Source of the DNA: Lytechinus pictus
Lineage: Eukaryota
Length of the DNA: 60,000 nucleotides
Direction: 5' to 3'
NCBI RefSeq assembly: GCF_037042905.1
Contig: NC_087251.1
Span: forward strand, 21,020,001 to 21,080,000
A program made the translations under genes and the position numbers. The notes under the pieces are model-generated. The model did no database searches. It saw only the letters and a program-made list of their open reading frames with translations, and was not told the DNA's origin. This document shows positions 1 to 13,250 of the stretch, piece after piece; the first letter of the stretch is position 1, and each line of letters begins with the position of its first letter.

Positions 1-201
1 CGTCATGCAATCAAGTGACTCCACCCTTTTAATGTACTTTAAACAACGTTACCCGGGAGAGCAACTATTCTCAATCTAGACGATTAGTGATTGGGAATAT
101 AATAGGAAGCTTCTCACAAAGAATAGAACCAAGGGAATCGAACCATGGGTTGCTATCACTGTAAGCCCATCTGTGATAATCACAGCCTCGGAGCCGTCCT
201 G

Positions 202-345
202 GGGCCTGTTGCAGAAAGAGTTGCGTTTAAACGCAAGTCAAAAAAACAATCGCTAGTCCCCAAAACACGCTGTTGATTGGTTGAAAATCAAGTTGCGCAT
301 GATTTTCGAGTTGCGATTGATTGCAACTCTTTCTGCAACGGGCCC
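202..345. mobile_element. PIF/Harbinger-type MITE
   Basis: TIRs GGGCCTGTTGCAGAAAGAGTTGC ... GCAACTCTTTCTGCAACGGGCCC, flanked by CTG/CAG (CWG-type 3-bp target typical of Harbinger); no coding capacity. Confidence 0.8.
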
Positions 346-1509
346 CAGGAACGACCTGTCCAGTTGAATCAAACCATGAACCTCTACACAACTCAAGAGT
401 TTGACGCAATCCAGACAAGCCATTTGTATTTTCTTTCGTCCATTGTTGACCAAACCCACACCCCCACTGAAGAACTTTCAATGAAATAATAATAATCCCT
501 TTGGGTATATCGGTTTCTGAAGAAACAATGCAGATCATCAAGATATCATATTTTCTTACATTCCTGAGATATTTGGTTTTTCTTCGAAATTTTGCAAAAA
601 CAATATCCGAACAATATTTTTCAAAGTATTTATTATCATTTCCCCTGTCGGTATGGACAATGATAAATAATAACTTGCAGAATGATTACGTAGATCAAAA
701 TGAAATGAACAAAAAGATGTGGCTCCATATCCTCAAAGAATTTTTAGTGTTGTGTATTATGTGTCACGAATTACAAGGCTGAAAAAACCGAACTGCTCTT
801 TGGAACTTTGCCTTAAAAGAACGATGCGATAATAATAAACTTGTTCTGCCTTAATTTGTTCCCTTCTTTCTTTCTTTTTAACTTAGATGGACGACTTCTG
901 ACTCATTTTGCCCTCAAGGACATAAAATCTTATACCAATCTGTCTAGGTATCCCAAAACAAAGGAATAATAGCTTTTAAAACAAGTATTTTTGAAATCTG
1001 TTCTGATTCTTTGATATGTGATTTTTTTTCGATTACTAAAGTTCGTACCCTGAAGCAACTACTATAACCTTATATATCTAGTGGAAAGAACAATAGCATT
1101 CCACAAGGACAAGCCGTTGACAACCAAAGCTACTTCTTTTCCATTTCAGATTTTGTTTTTACGTCTTTGAAGTAGGAGATTCGTAGGCAGAAATATCGCC
1201 TGAATTATAAAGAACCTGACATTCAGCGTTTGTAATAAAGGGTGTTAAAATAAACTCCACAGAGGCAACAAGACTTTTGGACGACGACGCAAAGTTAGAG
1301 AAGATAGCTCACGCATCATATAAAACAGTGAGATACAATGAAACATACTGTCCAAGGTACACTACAATTCTCCCCGAAAATGCAAAACAACTATTGCCCA
1401 ACGAATATTGTCGGGAAAACTGTTGCTTAATTAATAGCGCTATACCAAAATTCATTAATAAGGCTTATAGAGGAGGATACGATCGTTTTTTTTTTCAAGT
1501 ACTGCTTAA

Positions 1510-2093
1510 AGGAGAATGAAACTCTTGGAGCAAGTTAGCTTTTGTGAAAGCAGAAAAATCAAAGAATAAGATCAACAAAAGTTTGAGTAAAATAGGACTA
1601 GCGATAGAAGAGTTATGACCATTTGAATGTCGAGATCACTAATGCTATGGAGATCCTCCCATTGGCAATGCGACCAAGATCTATGATGTCACAGATGAAC
1701 AACTCTCCCCTTTTGGACACTGAAAATATACCCCAAAACATCTCTTTTTACTCATTCCAATCATATGACAAACGATTCATCAATGATATAATGTTGTGAA
1801 ACCTCTGTACTTGTCCTCTCATAAAGAGAACACCTCACCTTGTGATAGACTCTATAAAAGTGAGAATATAAGTGAAATAAGTACTAAAGTAATGAGGGAG
1901 TTGTACGTGTGTGACATCACAGATCTTGGTCGCATTGTCAATAAGAGGATCTACATGGCATTAGTGATCTCAATATTCAAATGCTCATAAATTTCTTATT
2001 ATTCATTCAATCTTCCTCAAACTTTCAACAATATGTTTCTTTGATTTTTCTCTTTGATATGGATTCAGCTGGTTTCAAGGGTTTCATTCTCCT
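1510..2093. mobile_element. Kolobok-like non-autonomous DNA transposon (long foldback)
   Basis: TTAA at 1506-1509 and 2094-2097; termini AGGAGAATGAAAC ... GTTTCATTCTCCT; imperfect inverted arms continue >200 bp inward (e.g. CAATGCGACCAAGATCTATGATGTCACA vs TGTGACATCACAGATCTTGGTCGCATTG). Confidence 0.85.
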
Positions 2094-5039
2094 TTAAACA
2101 TGTTAAACGAAAGACCTAGTCTGGATTTTTTTTAAATTGTTGATTTTCACTCTATCAATAAGAACATATAAAGCTAAATGTATTCATCTTCAACCATAAT
2201 GGAGTAATTGACGATATTTCAAACGGTCAGTTACGACATGTATATTAGCTTATAAAGAGACATACCCTTTAATTGAGGCGGATTGCATGTATGTGCCGAG
2301 GCACCTCCTTGTGTGACATCTATAGGAGCTTCAGTTTGAAGATTCCTGGTGACACTCTTCTTGTCCTCTACCCTAAGTCATGGGATCAAGCGAGGTAAGT
2401 GATACAGTCGGGTCCATTATTATCTAATCCAACCCCGATTGTCAGTTTGCCAATGGGGAGAGGGCGGATCGTAATCCTAGGGGGGTTGTAGCCGTAGCTT
2501 AAGCCTGGTTTCTTTGATTCCTTTAAAGCGCAATCACTATGGAACTGGTATCAATTACCACCTGTTTATACCATCGAAGTGGCAATGCTTTCTCGCTGGG
2601 GGAACATGATGGCGACGAAAGACGGATGAAATGCAGAACGCGCGTGCGACAGTAGAGGAAATTGATGTATAAATGAAGAGGAAGGGGAAATGAACAGACA
2701 TACAAGTTGGACATAGGAAAACACGAAAAAAAAAAGATGCAATGAGACGCGAATGTAATACGGATATATACTTGAAGAAAGGCATATTACTGCCTGAATT
2801 ACAGGGGGAAAATGAAATCGGAAAATACACTCAGTTACGATGAAAGAGGTGTAACACTGGTTACTAGATTGGAATGCAAATAAACAAGGCAGGATGGTAG
2901 AGATAAATAGAAAGTATTTACGGCTGTGAACGTGATTGAAATGTTTGAAAAAATAAATAAAACAAAATGCAACTTTGGCGACAGGAGTCAAGGGGAAAAT
3001 GAGAGTGATAAGGTAATGGTAAAAAATGGCAAATTGAAATAGCAAGACAGTCAGAAGAAGAATCAATAGACATGAGGAGATCGAGTTAAAGAGAGGGAAA
3101 TATTTGGGTGTGTGTTTGGTCGATAGATAGAGACATAGAGATAAGATAGGGGAAGAAAACGTGAGATGGGACAGAGGAGAGATATAGAAGTAGAGAGGAA
3201 GATCGAAAGAGAAGCAGAATGAGAAGCCAAGAAGCTATGTTGATGTGGTTGATGTGATCTTCCAAGACAGGTGGTTGAATATTTCCACCCCAATCACCAA
3301 TTGAAAAAAATCCCAGGCTAAAGTGAAACGGAACCATCATGTCATGTACCCTATCGTCTCCTGAAGGTTATTTTGCTCAGCGCGCATTTTGGAAATGTTC
3401 TTTTGAGATATCGATTGTAAAAAAAAAAAGTTTGAATAAAACAATAAGTATAAAAAAGAGAACATAAAAAGGATGGGAAACGAGGACGGTCGGCGGTATG
3501 AGCCAATGATGTGCATCTCATGTTCTTCACTAAGTTGACAGCACAGTGCAAGCTATTTGCAAGTGATTTATACACCATGAAAACAACAAGACAAGTCTCT
3601 CTTTGCAGCATGAAATTGATCGATGTTTCGCATTATGTTCGCGTAAATCGATACCTAATACCATCCGAATTTACAATTTGATTCCGTTTTCATTAAATAA
3701 ACTTGATCCTTGGTTTGAAATCTTGACAATATTTATAATCGTAGTCGACAATATTTTTATTCCGTAGAAATACGTCTACATCCTTTCTTATTTTTTCTTT
3801 TAAAAACCATCCATCACATGATTGCAAATCGAAAGATTTATTTCTGGTGAGTTAAAAAAGTGACATTCCCGTATATATCTTCTTCAACAAAATATTAATA
3901 TCGTTGTTGCCCACTATCTGTTAAAGTGATAACCACAATAAAGAAAGCATTGGCTGTTAAATCCTTGCAATTTATCACGTCTGCACTTGGATATAATGTC
4001 AAGTTGACATAATTCCTAAGTGTCTGAACAAACAAGCAAAGATTTACAAACAAACTAGGGACAGCACCGAGTAGAATTTCAGTTCCATCTTAATAAAGTA
4101 CCAGTTTCTTTCTCAACCGCCTGATATTATTTAATACCGTTTATCCTTTTACCCAATCGTGTAAAATCTCCTTTATTTACAAACACATTTATTTAGTGTT
4201 TGATTTATGACAGATGATTACGCGACTTATTCTTAACACTTTAATATATAGATATGAGATCACTTTCTTCACCATTTTAGTAAATCAGCATGGATTCCCC
4301 TCTTATACCCCTTGTTTTATCAAAACTATCATTCATCTGACGAATCGTATATGTCTCTTTTTTGTTATTCTGCACCTCGTGTGAGTATCTGCTAATTAAA
4401 CGAAAAAGGTAACTTAAGTTATTGATATCAATCAATCAAATGTATTTTCTTGGGAATATAATCAATATATATTTTTCCCTAGAAAAAAAAAGAGTTTTAC
4501 TTTAAGAAAGCAATGACTAACATTACAAGAAAAAAAATGCCTTAAATGGACATTTCCGTTTGCACAAGGGTCAATATTGCATTTTCTTTCAAATATATTG
4601 ATATTGGTTTATAATTACGAAAGGCTCACAGTTTAAGCAGGAATTTACTGAATAAACATAAGATAGTGAAATCCTTATTTTTTGACACTTCCCATTCATG
4701 AAGGTGCTCCGAGATATGACCTCTTGTGGAATTTGTGACTTTTCGCCATCAGCAATAATAAACAACTCAACTGGATATGAAACCCTATTCGGAGGTTAAT
4801 TGCCCTCGCCATCCTCATGCAACTGAAAAGCACAAATATCATTCTGACGTTGCGCTTCTTTGATGTAGGAAATACTTATTTCTCACAGATAAATCAGTAA
4901 AATGGGAATATGTTTTGGTTATTTTGGGAGTTTAGTTACATTTGTAGTTTTAAATGTATAAGCTTGGAAATAAAAAAAAATCTACAGTAGCAATTGCACT
5001 ACCGGATGTGAATAAAGAGAACTTGAATAGTAAGTAAAA

Positions 5040-5520
5040 CTTGTAGAAGAAGTAGTAGCAGCAGCAGCGGCAGCAGTAGAAGTGGTAGTTATTGTAGCAA
5101 CAACAGTAGTAGCTGTTATATTCTTTTAGCATCAACACAAAAAAAAACTAATAAAATACACTCTTAAAACAAATCAGTCCAATTGACTAGACCAGTAGTC
5201 AGCTGGGTGCAACTGATAAGACAAACACTGATTATCACATTTCTGACATATATTCTAGCCAGAAATAACTCTGTCCTGGTAAAATACGACTAGAACATAG
5301 TCAAATATGACTAGAATAACAGTTGCACCCAACTGACCCTATTAACTAGTCATTTTTGACTGATTTGTTTTTTAAGTGTAAGTAGTAATAGTAATAATTG
5401 TAACATCATTAGTTGTGTATTCTTGTAGAATCATCAACTTAGAAGTAATGACAGAAGTAGTAGCAGTCGTCAACATGGTCGTCGTCCTCGTCGAAGCAGT
5501 ACCAGAAGCAGCAGTAGCAG
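5040..5520. repeat. (GTA/GCA)n degenerate trinucleotide low-complexity tract, interrupted by a MITE
   Basis: Runs such as AGTAGTAGCAGCAGCAGCGGCAGCAGTAG (5051-5079) and GCAGCAGTAGCAGCA (~5508-5522) on either side of the 5159-5378 element. Confidence 0.7.
5159..5378. mobile_element. CAC-terminated MITE (CMC/EnSpm-like)
   Basis: TA|CACTCTTAAAACAAATCAGTC...GACTGATTTGTTTTTTAAGTG|TA; inner arms GTCAGCTGGGTGCAACTG / CAGTTGCACCCAACTGAC; 2-bp TA duplication. Confidence 0.75.
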
Positions 5521-7767
5521 CACGAGAATTTGGAGAAATTGTGAAATAGGAGTTGCTAGCCTTCATTTTCGAGTTCTCATGTTTTAATGCTCATGCTTGA
5601 TAATTATGTGCGTGCGCATGGTTAGGAAAATTATCAAAAACTTCTGCCAAACCTTTGATGATTCCTTTATGTACCTCCTATATGTCATATCTGTTGTCAT
5701 CCTACATGTAAGGGATTAAGAAAGGTTGCATCTATCAACCAGTCACTAACATATGAGCACTGGCAAAGAGTCGACAGGTACGGTGATTAAGACAGCTTAG
5801 GTTTCCCTTATCATGCCATGTCGGATTCTGATCATCAAACGAGAAACGGGTCAATTTGGAGACCTTCATTTGAATTTCAATATTTGCCAGACGATTCCAG
5901 CTACATAATACGTCATAATGATCAGCCAAAGTCATGCCCTGACCATTTTCCAGACGTTTGAGAGACAAGCGACTATATCCAGGCCGATGTTCCATATGCT
6001 GTACTCAGTATTGGGGTTTTGGGAACATGAATATCGAGGAAAAAATCCTTCATCTTGCTGTCGCACTGAGTTCAACGCTTTCCCCCCATCATTGCCCATG
6101 AAGATTAATGCAACGGGTTTCAGAACAAACTGATAAAAATCAGGAATAACTGTTATTTTTGCATAAGAAAATTAAACAGTAAAATTCGGAGATTCGGATA
6201 TAAATCTGACAAAAATTCATTGCATATTCATTTCGACATGCATCCCTAAATAACGCAAAACCTAAAAGCTCCATATTACTTTGTTACTTACATTAAATTT
6301 CAATGAAAATGTCAGTGTTTGCTTGATTAATTTGACGTTAATAATGATTTCATCTGCCCGTAGTGCGCACTTTTAACATAGTTTCGTGTTCAGAGAGAAA
6401 AAAAAGCATTACCATAAAGCTGGTTATAAAATCTTGATGGAAGTAGTGACCGTGTATCAGGTAGTCAGAGCAAGGCTATCGCAGAATTAATCAGACTCTG
6501 AATCTTCTGATCACTTGTTATTTGAGAGAGGTAAGATGTACAGTCTTTCAACCTTGTACGCTGTAAGACACGGATCTTATCTGTGAATGATCACGACCCG
6601 TGCAAGGATTCGAGGCAAGGCTACGTAGGACGGCCAACCATGTGGTAAAAGTCACCGAAGTACTGCATGTCTTTACATAATTACATAGGCCTATTGGTAA
6701 ACAGGTTACTATAAACAAAATGGAGGTGAAACCACATAGATTTAGAGGAGGTAGAATGCCAATTGGTCGACTAATAAAATTATGGGGTTCCATTCCTGGC
6801 ACTTATGCACTTGAGTATATAGTATTACATTTATATTGCTTCTCTTACATTGCTACATTATTTAGCACTTTTGGTGAAATATGTGCACGTGTTTATTTCA
6901 CAAAGTATGAAGGTTCATGCCTTTGATAATAATTATGATGGTGATAATGATAATGATAATGATAAAAAGCATAATATATTAATAACATATAGTAATAACA
7001 ATGATAAGTGTTTATATACCGTTAATTGCAATATAGGCGAGTGTGAGAATGTATATCATTTTGTAATGGTTTTTAAATGATTACGGTTTGTGAGCAGCTA
7101 TATATATCGAATTGTCTAACGAAAACGAAGAATCTCATCTGTAAAAATTGAATGTCATCCCTTTTATGGTATTATTTCTTTATCAAGTCAGGCGGTAGAT
7201 ATTTTTTCCAGCATAACACACGCAAATTCATAATGTCTGACCATGAAATTGTCTTGATTTTGTTTTGTTTTGTAATATGCTCGACGTAAGGCGATGATTT
7301 CACGATTCATCTATTTTGGGAACTAATAGCATATGATTAAATTACTTCTTGAGGATTGGATCTTACATTCCGGTTCTTGTTTCCAAAAGTTGTCAGACAT
7401 CAAAAATGTTAAATGAGGACACATCAAATACCCAATACCCTCAGAAAAAAAGAAGATACCTGAACGAAGGAAAGGCGTGAATAGATTTCTAACATAGGCT
7501 TAGCAAGATGCGGTTTGTGTATTGACGTGCGGTTGAAAGCTTGGTTAAGTGGATAACCAACCGAGAAATCTTGATATATATTTTTTGCCAATGCTTGTAG
7601 GAAAATTACATTACATCCTCACCAGATAAGGAAAAACATTAACGCCCTTCATTTGTAAAATATCGGCTTTCTCTCTCTGGGAAAATATTGTGGATTTATT
7701 CTAAATGAGTAACTTGCAAAGCAAAGGTCCAAATGTGCTTTCTTAAAATACATGGGAGAAGAAAGTT

Positions 7768-9130
7768 GATTTCATTCATTTCATTTTCATTTCATTTCAT
7801 TTATTTCCATTTCTGGTAAAAAACATTCAAATACAATCAAATATTTACAAAAGAAAACATATGAATACAAATACCAAGAATATGGGGGAGCCAGCAGAGG
7901 CCATTGGCCTTTCAAAGGCTGGGCTCCAATGCCATATTGAAACATACATAATATAGAGAGAGAAGGGGGGGGGGTACATTTATGTCTGGATTGTGATGGG
8001 TAAATTATAAAGTACTTAAGATTCCTTCATGAGATGCATTTTATACTTTCGTTTAAATGAGGCAATAGATGGGGACATTTTTATATTAACAGGTATTGCA
8101 TTCCAAGTAATTACTCCAGAATATTTTACCGATTTACGTGAAGTTTGATATTTCAACAGAGGAATATACATATTATTAGCATGTCTTGTATTAAGTGTAT
8201 GAACATCCTTTGTCATTTTAAACATATCATCAAAAATTTGAGGAAGCAAGTGTTTATTATACATGTACATAAATGATCCAACTTGCAGTTCATGTATTTG
8301 AAATATAGTTAGCATATTAAATTTTCTGAAAAGAGGTCCAGATGGAGTTCTCGGATGAGAATTTGTAATTGCACGTAGTGCTCTTTTTTGTAAAACATAC
8401 AATTTATTTAGAAGAATTTTGGCACAATGCCCCCAAGTCACAGTACAGTAAGACAAATGGGGAAGGATAATAGCATTATATATATTAATCAATATTTTCA
8501 AAGGAACAAAGTGTCTTATTTTGTATAATATACCAATTGCACACGAGATCTTCCGCAGGATGATATTAATATGTGGAGTCCAAGAAAGATTTTCATCGAT
8601 TGTCACTCCAAGAAATGTGGTGTTTGATACCTGTTGTATATTAAAATTATTGATTGCAACATCGCAGATTTGTTCAGAGAGTTTTTTATTTTTTGGTTTG
8701 AATATCATATAATTAGTTTTTTTAGAATTAACAAGTAATTTATTAGCCAAAAACCACATCTCCAATTTTGGTAGTTCCGAAGTAATTATATTAGATATTT
8801 CATGGACATTTTTACCCGATACAAAAAGGTTTGTGTCATCTGCGAATGTGATTGGACGAAAGTTTGGGGTTACATATTGCATATCGTTAACATATAATAG
8901 AAAAAATAACGGGCCTAAAATGGATCCTTGCGGAACACCTGCATTAAGTGTTAGCAATCTAGAATTAATACCATCTATACATACAAATTGTTTTCTATTA
9001 TATAAATAACTCTGTATCCATGCTAAAGAAATTCCTCTAAACCCATAAAATTGCAACTTCCGTATTAAAATATAGTGATTTATTGAGTCGAATGCTTTCG
9101 ACAAATCCAGAAATATTCCAAGATTATGAT
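7768..9130 (-). mobile_element. 5'-truncated non-LTR retrotransposon (CR1/L2 group, L2/Crack-like)
   Basis: RT ORF followed on the minus strand by a ~210-bp 3' UTR with a stem-loop (7887-7927), AATAAA (7800-7805) and an (ATGAA/ATGA)n tail (7768-7799). The 5' end is cut inside the RT; no clear TSD. Confidence 0.92.
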
Positions 9131-9137
9131 GAAGCAT
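8016..9137 (-). CDS. Reverse transcriptase, C-terminal part of LINE ORF2 (5'-truncated; the Met start is probably fortuitous flank)
   Basis: Motifs GIFLDLSKAFDSINH, GVPQGSILGPLFFLLYVNDM, TFADDT (catalytic [Y/F]ADD), FLGVTID and LQKRALRAI; 373 aa without stops or frameshifts; no endonuclease domain. Confidence 0.93.
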   Translation of the reverse strand: MLHHNLGIFLDLSKAFDSINHYILIRKLQFYGFRGISLAWIQSYLYNRKQFVCIDGINSRLLTLNAGVPQGSILGPLFFLLYVNDMQYVTPNFRPITFADDTNLFVSGKNVHEISNIITSELPKLEMWFLANKLLVNSKKTNYMIFKPKNKKLSEQICDVAINNFNIQQVSNTTFLGVTIDENLSWTPHINIILRKISCAIGILYKIRHFVPLKILINIYNAIILPHLSYCTVTWGHCAKILLNKLYVLQKRALRAITNSHPRTPSGPLFRKFNMLTIFQIHELQVGSFMYMYNKHLLPQIFDDMFKMTKDVHTLNTRHANNMYIPLLKYQTSRKSVKYSGVITWNAIPVNIKMSPSIASFKRKYKMHLMKES

Positions 9138-12100
9138 ACATGCTTGGTTTCAAAGTACTGTAAAAGTTGACGAAAAAATGTTTACGCCAATGTCACATAT
9201 GATTATTATTGAATTCGGATATGGTTTGGGCTTTTTGGGCTTTTTAAGCACATTGTTGTTATGTTGATGTTTACTGTTAAGATAAATTCATAGAAATGTA
9301 TTGATCTACGCCATGATGATCTATTTCGAACATTGTCGAAGAGTGGGAAATAAGTAAGCAAAAATGTGATATATCTAAAATACTAATTAGTACGGTTAGA
9401 TTGACACGATTATGTATAGATTTGGAAAGGAAGTAAAATTTAAATGATAGGAGAAAAGACACCAAGTAAAAGATGTTTAAATGGTCTGAGCAAGAAATGG
9501 ATAGAACAAAATCCCACCTCTGAATAATAAGAAAAGCTAAAACTGAAAAAAAAATATGTATATTTTCGCCATGACTTTGAAGCACGAAATAAAACATGTA
9601 GAATCTTTCCCATCAGGACCCTTTTGATTTGATATCAAATCTATATTCTCATGAAAACCTGCGGCGATCTCAATTTAAAGATTGCAACACTTTCTCAACT
9701 ACGAAACAGACATATTCACACATGAATGATTTCTACGAATACCAACAAAAACTCTATGAAAAGCAGGTGTTGTTTCTAAAAATGGGCATTACTTGAACGA
9801 GATTCTCGGAAAGAATGCGAAATGCAGTGGCGTTTTAATCTCGGCGCTATATTGCTCGAACGTTTTCGCGAAAAGACATAAGCTTTAGAGGATACTTATT
9901 TTACCCTGTGATGTGCACTACTAATGAATACATGGTGATAGAAGGGACAACTAGCAAACGGGGAGGAGCTGAGTATATTGATTGTTCACAAAAATAACTC
10001 TCTATATAGTCTCTTTACCCTCACATATTCTCTGTTTCTGCAAATTTGGAAATTCTGTATATCGCTAGTAAGAAAACATGTAGGGCCTATAGATGAGAAT
10101 ACATCTTGATCTTAAGAAGAGGAAAAGCATAATTTCGTAATGATCCATAATTGAGAAATATTTAAAAATACACGTTAATTCAAAGCTTGTGATAGATACT
10201 TGTTGCATTTGTAAGAGCCATAAACCAGGCAGATTGAGAAAAACCTTTTTTGCCGCTCAGCTGAAGATATTTCACTATGTACAACTGGGTGACAACTGCT
10301 TGAACATTATTATGTATACATCTTATACATAGAGAAAATCCAACAAAAATAATGCTAATGACAATGCTTTGACCGGTGCTTTGATTGCCGATGAAGTTTT
10401 GATTATTCACTCGAATTTTCGACGATCCTCTGTCTTTTTCATGAGACAATCCACGTATTTCACGCTTGTCACTTGGATTTTACGGTGCATAAGCGCAACA
10501 GGTGGATCTGTGAGAAATAGACATATGAAATTGCTAAACTTATATTAAAAGAAAATCTTTCGATCAACTTTTTTCTTTCCCTTGACGTCATATCTCCCTT
10601 CCTTTAATGCACTGAATTGCAGCATCTAACCGAGGATAAAAAACATTTCTTTACTTGATTATGATATCTCGTTGTTATCTAGGATATATATATATATATA
10701 ATTATATTTCACACTTTTCTAGATTCAGTTTATTTTCTTGAGTGAATAAATACTAAATACATATGTTTATAGTATTTGCGGGTTTTTTCTGTTTGCCTCT
10801 CCTCTCTGTCTCTAACACGTGTGGGGCAAAACGACACTCCCAACGGGCCATTTGCAACATTGCGGTACGATGTGTATTTTGAGACAAAATGTCAAGAGAA
10901 AACGCATTCACATGCGCAGGTGAGACGGAAAAGTTAGGTGTGAAATTATTCATCCAGCTGGCTTTCAAAGAGAGCATGGCTATTAGAGCTTACAAAACAG
11001 ACTTGCAGAAAAGAGGGAATAAAAAGTAAAAAAGGAACAAAGAAAAGGGAATAAAAGAAAAGATAGGAATAATCAGGGGGAAAGAAACATTACGGGAAAA
11101 AAGGTAGGGCAGGAATGGAAATATACATATGTGTTGAAAAATGAAGTTGGAAATCAAAGTGAAAAGTTTGTGACTGATCGACGTAGGATAAGAATGATAA
11201 AATATATAATCTTAATTTAAACCTTGGACTGTTCTTTACTGTAACAATACATTTTTTTTGGGGGGGGTTGTATTTCAAATTTTCCACTTGGATACAAATA
11301 AACTAAGAAAAAATTTAAACTTATTTTCGGATGACGTTAGATCACTTCTTGTGGAAACAATTCAGTAGATCATTCAAGATGACTTAACTGCGCATGTCTA
11401 TACCAATAAGCGTGTATCAACTCTACATGCACTAAATCCTGTCGGATATATATATCATTCAAGTAAGAAATACATAAGTATATAAGAAATGATTTCAGGC
11501 ACAATGTTATGTCTAAATGTCTGGGATGAATCCAAAGAAGGCAACATTACTCTATACTTTGTTAAGCTGAAAAGGTGCCTTGCACTCCTATATTTATTTT
11601 CCTTGCCTCTCCCGTTCTACCCCCTTCGTCTGGAACAATATTTCCCCAATCTCACAGCCAAGCTAGAGCACTGTTCACATATGATTTTAAAGATAGATCA
11701 TCACGAAGCATAACGGGAAATGGGATTTAGTGAAGACAACAACAACTAAAAAAAAATTCCATAAAAAAGGTGATATCTAAAAGGTGTTTTCGCGCTGTTT
11801 TAGATCTAGTTAAAATAATTTAGCGCGATGTAGATTAATCGGATGTAATTTTAGCTTTGTGGAGGGAAAACTCGCTTAGTGTGAATAGATCTACAGACGA
11901 CGAATGATGAATGGACATGCAAACGAAGCGAGTATGTGAGCCTCTTCTGGTATTGGCCCAAGCGTAATGTTACCAGCATACAATAAACAATCCCCTTAGA
12001 TCGAGGAACAATTTATTGATCTTTTCCCTACCGGGACTGTACTTCCTATGTCATTCACTCTCGAAATGATATTTCATATATGTAATCACTCGACGGCAAT

Positions 12101-13189
12101 CACATAAACAATAAATATTTGAAGTTATGAAAGTTTATTTATATAGATACGTATTAATATAATGCTCTTTGATTTTATAAAATGGAAATGTATTCAGAAT
12201 ACGATGGACTATACATTTCCAGATAAAATCCAACCCTACTGACCCTTATTCAAACACATCGAGGAAATAATACTGAGAATCAAATGACACTAACAAAGCA
12301 AAGTATATACGCAAAACAAAGAGGAATAACAGGAACGAACTCCAGCACTATACCGAGTCTAATGTAATGCAGTGTTACTCTGATGAATACAAAGCTGTTC
12401 ATAGTTTTGCTGAGTTTTTATCCAACGAAAATAATATCATTCGTTTTCATCCTTCTTTCAGTGTTATTTATGCAGTCCATCACTCTTATAGTCAAGCACC
12501 TTATTAATACTTTTGAGGTCATTTTAAAATTATTTCAGGGGTTATGTTTGACCCCGAATGTTGACCATTCAACGTTGACGATTCAGATCGTATTTCATTG
12601 CAAATTGATGTATTATTACTAACATTTCGAATATGACTGTGGAAGGCTTAGTAAGATCTTGCAAGTCCACTAGTTGATTAACTTGTAACCTGTTGATTCA
12701 TTTGAAAGGGGGAACTATTATATACACATACACACACCCATGCCATAACCCACACCTTAAACCTCTCGCGCACACGCATACCGTAGCACACCGTCACACA
12801 ATACCCCCATATATAAAATAAGGGTGAAGAGGAGTGCGCATGGCAAGGTAGAAAAGAGTTTTGACCTTTAGAATGACCCCTTGAAAATGGGTAAATAAGT
12901 TGAGGGTTGGAGAAATCAGGTCTCCACGTGCCCCTTCCTCACTGCCAAACATCACTTGTGATGAATGAGTGGGGCCTGTATAGGTCAACATCTTATGAAG
13001 ATAGCAACTTGTGTAGAAATTCCAGCCCTAGTGCCACTATTCTCTTTTTGCAGAAAAGCAGATGGAGCTTTCAATACGGTTTAATGGTAACGTTATTAAA
13101 AGAAACATTACACAACCATATTAACAAGTTCAGGAGGATCTGTTGGTGTGAAAGATAGATGATCGCGTTTTCCTGAGGGTGAGCCATTA

Positions 13190-13250
13190 TACATACATAC
13201 ATACAGACATATATACGTACATACACACATGCATACATACATACGTACGT
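13190..13250. repeat. (TACA)n tetranucleotide microsatellite, imperfect
   Basis: TACATACATACATAC... runs seen directly. Confidence 0.75.

Noticed and set aside
100..197. Possible SINE head (GGGAATCGAACC, a minus-strand B box)
   Set aside because: No clear A box, core or tail within the window.
2326..2394. 69-bp plus-strand exon candidate with GAG|GTAAGT donor (SFSLKIPGDTLLVLYPKSWDQA)
   Set aside because: The acceptor lacks a good pyrimidine tract and I found no partner plus-strand exons; not excluded but unsupported.
2523..3340. Overlapping hydrophobic minus-strand ORFs
   Set aside because: They arise from a purine-rich low-complexity plus strand, which gives F/L/S/I-rich stop-poor frames.
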